Positions 59,656-64,000 of a stretch of 64,000 bases of DNA are shown piece after piece. This stretch comes from Macrostomum lignano. Lineage: Eukaryota. Below the pieces are notes generated by a model. It was not told the origin of the DNA and searched no databases. It saw only the letters and a list, made by a program, of their open reading frames with translations. A program made the translations under genes and the position numbers. Position 1 is the first letter of the stretch; every line of letters begins with the position of its first letter. The stretch lies in the NCBI GenBank assembly GCA_002269645.1, contig NIVC01002245.1, forward strand, positions 126,374 through 190,373, read 5' to 3'.

Positions 59656-60302
59656 TTCCTCTCCCCGCCGCGGATAATAGCTGTATTTAGCTTAGCTTAT
59701 TACCCCAAAACGCAACTTGGCCAAACTTCCTTCAATCGTGTCTGAGCTACCTATTTTTAGGAGTTCTGAGGTCGAAAATATTTTCCTATAGGCAGAGCTA
59801 ATAAAAACCTGTTCCAAATACGAGACCTTAGACAGAGATTCCAGACTGTTTACGAAGCCAAAGCCAATTGTAGTCAGCTGTGCTACTCCGAGTTGTAAAC
59901 AGACTTCCACTATACCCGCAAGCGTAAAAAAATGAGAAGAAAAAGCAATGAATAGACAACACATGGAGAGGGCAGCTCAGGTCAAAATGTGCTGTCTCGG
60001 GGCCACAATGGGGCCACAAGCTGAATTTAGACGAAAAATGTGGAAAGACGCAAAAGAAAGCGGAGGGGGGGGTATAAATTTGGCGAGAGACTGGCTGGCT
60101 TTTTCACTCACAAAAGCTGCGAGTAATGCCTAAAGAATTTCTGCCGGCTTTTGCCGGTCTTCGAGCTGCGTGAGCTCTGCGAGTCACACTCAATTTGAGC
60201 TGCAGACTCAACTCGTATTTTCAATGAAACAAGAAAACAAATTTTTACTGCTCCCACGCATTCGGATCTTTTGCTGGTTTTGGTATTTAAATTTGTCATT
60301 CT

Positions 60303-60678
60303 AGCCTGCATTTCTGTCACACTCTCGCCTGCATTTCTGTCACACTCTCGCCTGCATTTCTGTCACACTCTCGCCTGCATCTCTGTCACACTCTCGCCTG
60401 CATTTCTGTCACACTCTCGCCTGCATCTCTGTCACACTCTCGCCTGCATTTCTGTCACACTCTCGCATCACTCTCGCCTGCATTTCTGTCACACTCTCGC
60501 CTGCATTTCTGTCACACTCTCGCCTGCATTTCTGTCACACTCTCGCCTGCATTTCTGTCACACTCTCGCCTGCATTTCTGTCACACTCTCGCCTGCATTT
60601 CTGTCACACTGTCGTCAGCATTTCTGTCACACTGTCGTCAGCATTTCTGTCACTCTCGCCTGCGTTTCTGTCACACAT
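60303..60678 (+). repeat. 23-bp minisatellite (cactctcgcctgcatttctgtca), about 16 copies
   Basis: Unit read directly. Confidence 0.95.
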
Positions 60679-61354
60679 TTCAATTTTAGACTTGCTCACA
60701 ACTCTTCCATTATTGCAATCGTCTGTCACTACTGTCAGTTTCAAGTAAGCTGTCTTAAAAAAGTGAAGTTTTAAAAGATTTGTTTAGCAAGCATCGCAGC
60801 TGCAGCAGAGTTGCAGGCACGGCGAGAGCCCAGTAATACAAGCTATTTTAGTTTAATCACGTGTTTTAGTGCGATTACCAGAGAGTATCGAGGTGAAGCC
60901 GAACTGGTGCATTTTGCTGAAGAATTCCAGCCTTTCAGCTGCACGGCAATAGAATGCAGTAGTAGCGCTGGTCACTTTGATACTATAGCCTAGTAACAGA
61001 AAACCATCGGAATGCTTAATGCACTCACGAATAGATAGTTGCATTTTGGGGGCACATGACCTCGTAGGGTTCTCTAAGGCTCTCGCATACTCTCACTGAC
61101 TGTGAAAGTTGCATGTAGGCAAAGACACAAAATTCTTGAGGTCTAAAATATCCAATAATACGCGTTCAAACTACTGAACTCAGCGGCCACACTGCTTCAG
61201 TTGCAAAGTGCCAAACAGATTCTTAAGTCTATGGTACGAATCGCGTGCATTAAATTAGCCAGACACGTGCAAGGTGGCTGCTGACACAGAGATTGTGCAC
61301 TTCGCAAGTGCATTTTGTTCAGCAAAAACACGCGGAAGTCTCGTCAAAGCATCA

Positions 61355-63982
61355 GCCATGCGTCCTGCATACGGCAGCAGCCGAGGCTGGGCAGCAGCGG
61401 ATGACTCGGCTTCTTCGGCGACGGGCGGCCGCCAGCGAGTCCGGGTCACCGCTGCCAGTCGGCGGGCCGACAGCCCCGCGCCCGCCGCCGTCCCTGGCAT
61501 CATCTTCGGCCGGCTGAACCTGGCCAAGGCTTTCCGGCCGCAGGCGGCCCAGCTGCAGCAGCGGCCGGGGACAGTGTCGGGGACAGTTGCAGGTCGACGG
61601 CCGAGCGCTGCACCGAGCGGCGACATCAGCGGCGGCTGCCCATTCAAAGAGCGGGCGGCAGCGACCCACAGCCGACCGACTCCGATGCCTGAAACGCCGC
61701 AACCTTCTTCAGCCCCACCGCCGCCTCGGCCGCAGGGCCCGCCAGCGACTGCCTGCGTTGTGCAGCTGGAGACGCCGCTGACTTCCGTCAGCCCGCCCAG
61801 TTCGGCGCAGAAGCGGCGCCCGCCCCGCAGCCACGCGCAGCTGCGCCGCTGGCCGCGCCTTCCCGTTTGCAGGGCAGCCGCCCCGCCGGAGATTCGCTGC
61901 TGCCCGGGCGGAGACGCTGCCGACGGTGCACCGGCGCCACCCTGGGCAGCCGAGAGAGCGCTGGCAGCCGACCGTTCCGCTTCTTCCGCAGCTTCCTCAA
62001 GCGGGTCGGCCGCCGCTCCGGTCTCGGGCCGCTGCGCCGGCGACAGCAAGCGAGGCCGCAGCCGCAGCCTGCCGCCAACCCCGGCGTCGTCGAGGCCGAT
62101 GCTGCGGTCGCAAACTCCGACACCGCCGCCGACACCGCCGATGCCGACGCCGGCGACCTCTGCAATGTCGATGGATGGAGACTCCCCGTCTGCTGAGTCC
62201 TCCGCCGGTGAAGCCGAGGAGGAGGAGGCGGCGGAGCAGCGGCAACCCCGGCCAGGTCAGCAGAGGCAGTCGGAGGTCGTGGTGGCGACTTTCAGCGGCT
62301 GGTTCAGGCAGGCCACGCCATCGGAGCCGAACCGGCTGGCGTTCTTGGCCAGCCTGCTTGACTCTCAGGACGCCTCTTCGGCGACCTCGTCAGTCTCCGC
62401 CGCCGCGCCACCCCAGCTGCCATCTCCGCCGCCGCAGCACCCGCGCCAAACCCCACCCATCTCGGCCAATCCAAGGCGGACCGCAGCTGAGCAGCCGAAC
62501 CAAAAAAGACTCCCTGCTGCCCCGCCGATGCCGGCGCCGCAGCCGCCGCCTCCTCGGCCTGCGGGTTCAAAGCCAAAGCGCTGCCCGCGCGAAGCAGCAG
62601 CCACAGCAGCAGCGGCAGAAGCGCTCGCAGCGGCAACCAGTCGCTCCCAGGACGCAGCCACCGCCCAGCCCGAGCAACGCGCCTCCGCAACCGAGCGAAG
62701 GCCGCAGACGCTGGCGGTGGGGCGGCCGCTCCGCAGCGTCGGTGGTTCTGCCGCCGGAACCTGCGGCCCCCAAGCCGGCCCGCGGCCCGCAGCAGAAGCC
62801 GGTCTCCAGAGCGGAGGCGAGGCGCCGAAGCAGCTGCCGAGCTGCTGCAGCTCGAGGAGGCGGTCAGGAACATGATCGTTGATGGCCCGGACGATCAGCT
62901 GGCGTCCGAGTCTCAGCTACTGTTCGATGACGACAGTGATTCCCTGACGACGCTTGATGACAACCTGCGGCCAGACTGCAAAGACCTGCAATCAGACGAG
63001 GGAGATGACGACGGCTCCATGTGTCGTTTCCGGCTTTCACTGAGCTGCCTGTGCGGCCACCTCCGCCGCTGAAGACTGTCGCAGCTGCCGTCTCACCGCT
63101 GGCAGCGCGGCTGCCCCAAATAGCAGCTCCACCTCCGCCTCCGCCTCCGCCCCCTCCTCCACCCCCGCTTCCGTATCTTCCCCGCCTCCGCCCCCATCTC
63201 CGCCCCCGCCTCCGCCCTATCTTCGCCCCGTCCGCCTCCTCCTCCGCCCCCTCCTCTGCCTCCGCCTACGCATCAGCCTCTCCAGAATTCCCCAGGCATG
63301 ACGTCACTTTCCGTAGCAGTAGCGGGCCAGCGACTCAAACAGCTTCAGCAGCGACTCATCCTGCGACACTGAAAGCAGCAGAAGCTGCAAAAGCAGCAAA
63401 AGTAGCAGAAGCAACAGAACCAATAGAAGCAGCAGCAGCAGCGACAAAACCAGCTGCGCAACACAGAGAAGACGAAGCGCCCAGCACTCCAACGAGCGAC
63501 CCGAAGCCATCCGCTTGACCGTCTCGTGGAGCATGGCAGTCGAGATGTTCATCTGATGATGAGTCAGGCACCACCGGCGCAAATGCAGAGGAGCTCTCAG
63601 AAGCCCAGCCTCAGCCGCCAGCTCCGCCGTCCACAGCGCCGGCCAGCGGCGCCAGAAGCTCCTGTGCCAGAAGTCCAGCAGCTGCCACGCGAACCCGCGC
63701 CGCAGCTGCAGCGGAGCTCCTGGCCCGGCTGCGCAGCCTGAAGGCGCCGGCCGGCATGGGGCGATGCTGAGGGCCGAGCTGGACGCACTGGCTCGCTGCG
63801 TCGGCTGCCGCTTGTCGCCGTCGAGATCATCAACGCCTGACGATGCTTCAACGCTGAGCAGCGACAGAGGCGACTCCGACAGCAAGCAGCTGGAGGACGC
63901 GTGGAGCGCCGGCGAACTGTCCGACGAGCCCTGCTGCCCGTGGCACCTGCCGCCAGATGATGGAGCTGTACCGCCACACTGA
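61355..63982 (+). CDS. Large low-complexity (Pro/Ala/Ser/Arg-rich) coding region of unknown identity, apparently spread over several frames
   Basis: GC-rich and intron-free. Protein-like segments occur in different plus frames (VPGIIFGRLNLAKAFRP; RPFRFFRSFLKRVGRR; ATFSGWFRQ...RLAFLASLLDS; ELLQLEEAVRNMIVDG; poly-Pro; MLRAELDALARCVGC). No recognisable domain. Confidence 0.45.
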
Positions 63983-64000
63983 GGACAGGCGGCGAGGCAT

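Noticed and set aside
58560-60290. Scattered short ORFs that might be an old transposon or gene
   Set aside because: No recognisable motif, splice structure or repeat boundary to support a call.

Overview
Eukaryotic (animal) genomic DNA with spliceosomal GT-AG introns; no prokaryotic features or CRISPR. GC-rich coding exons among AT-rich, minisatellite-dense introns look like an invertebrate such as a macrostomid flatworm, but that is an unverified impression. Host genes: the 3' part of an RNA polymerase III subunit RPC7-like gene; a 7-exon gelsolin/severin-like gene; a 4-exon ankyrin-repeat + Mab21/cGAS-like nucleotidyltransferase gene whose two annotated ORFs are joined in frame by a 70-nt intron; a probable small secreted-protein gene on the minus strand; four paralogous secreted PAN/apple + C-type lectin genes (one disrupted) in segmental duplications; a 6-exon SLC2A/GLUT sugar transporter; and a frameshifted low-complexity coding region at the right end. 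Mobile DNA: a young full-length Gypsy LTR retrotransposon (28036-36664, near-identical LTRs, CTAT target duplication) carrying an extra ORF after integrase that fuses an HPD-intact J-domain to a chromodomain (most unusual feature); a decayed P-element-like transposase; a probable Polinton minor-capsid relic; a DIRS-type tyrosine recombinase relic; a Gypsy pol fragment; hAT-like termini; and a tRNA-derived SINE family. About 20 tandem-repeat arrays are present. All identifications are by motif recognition and manual translation; no searches were run.
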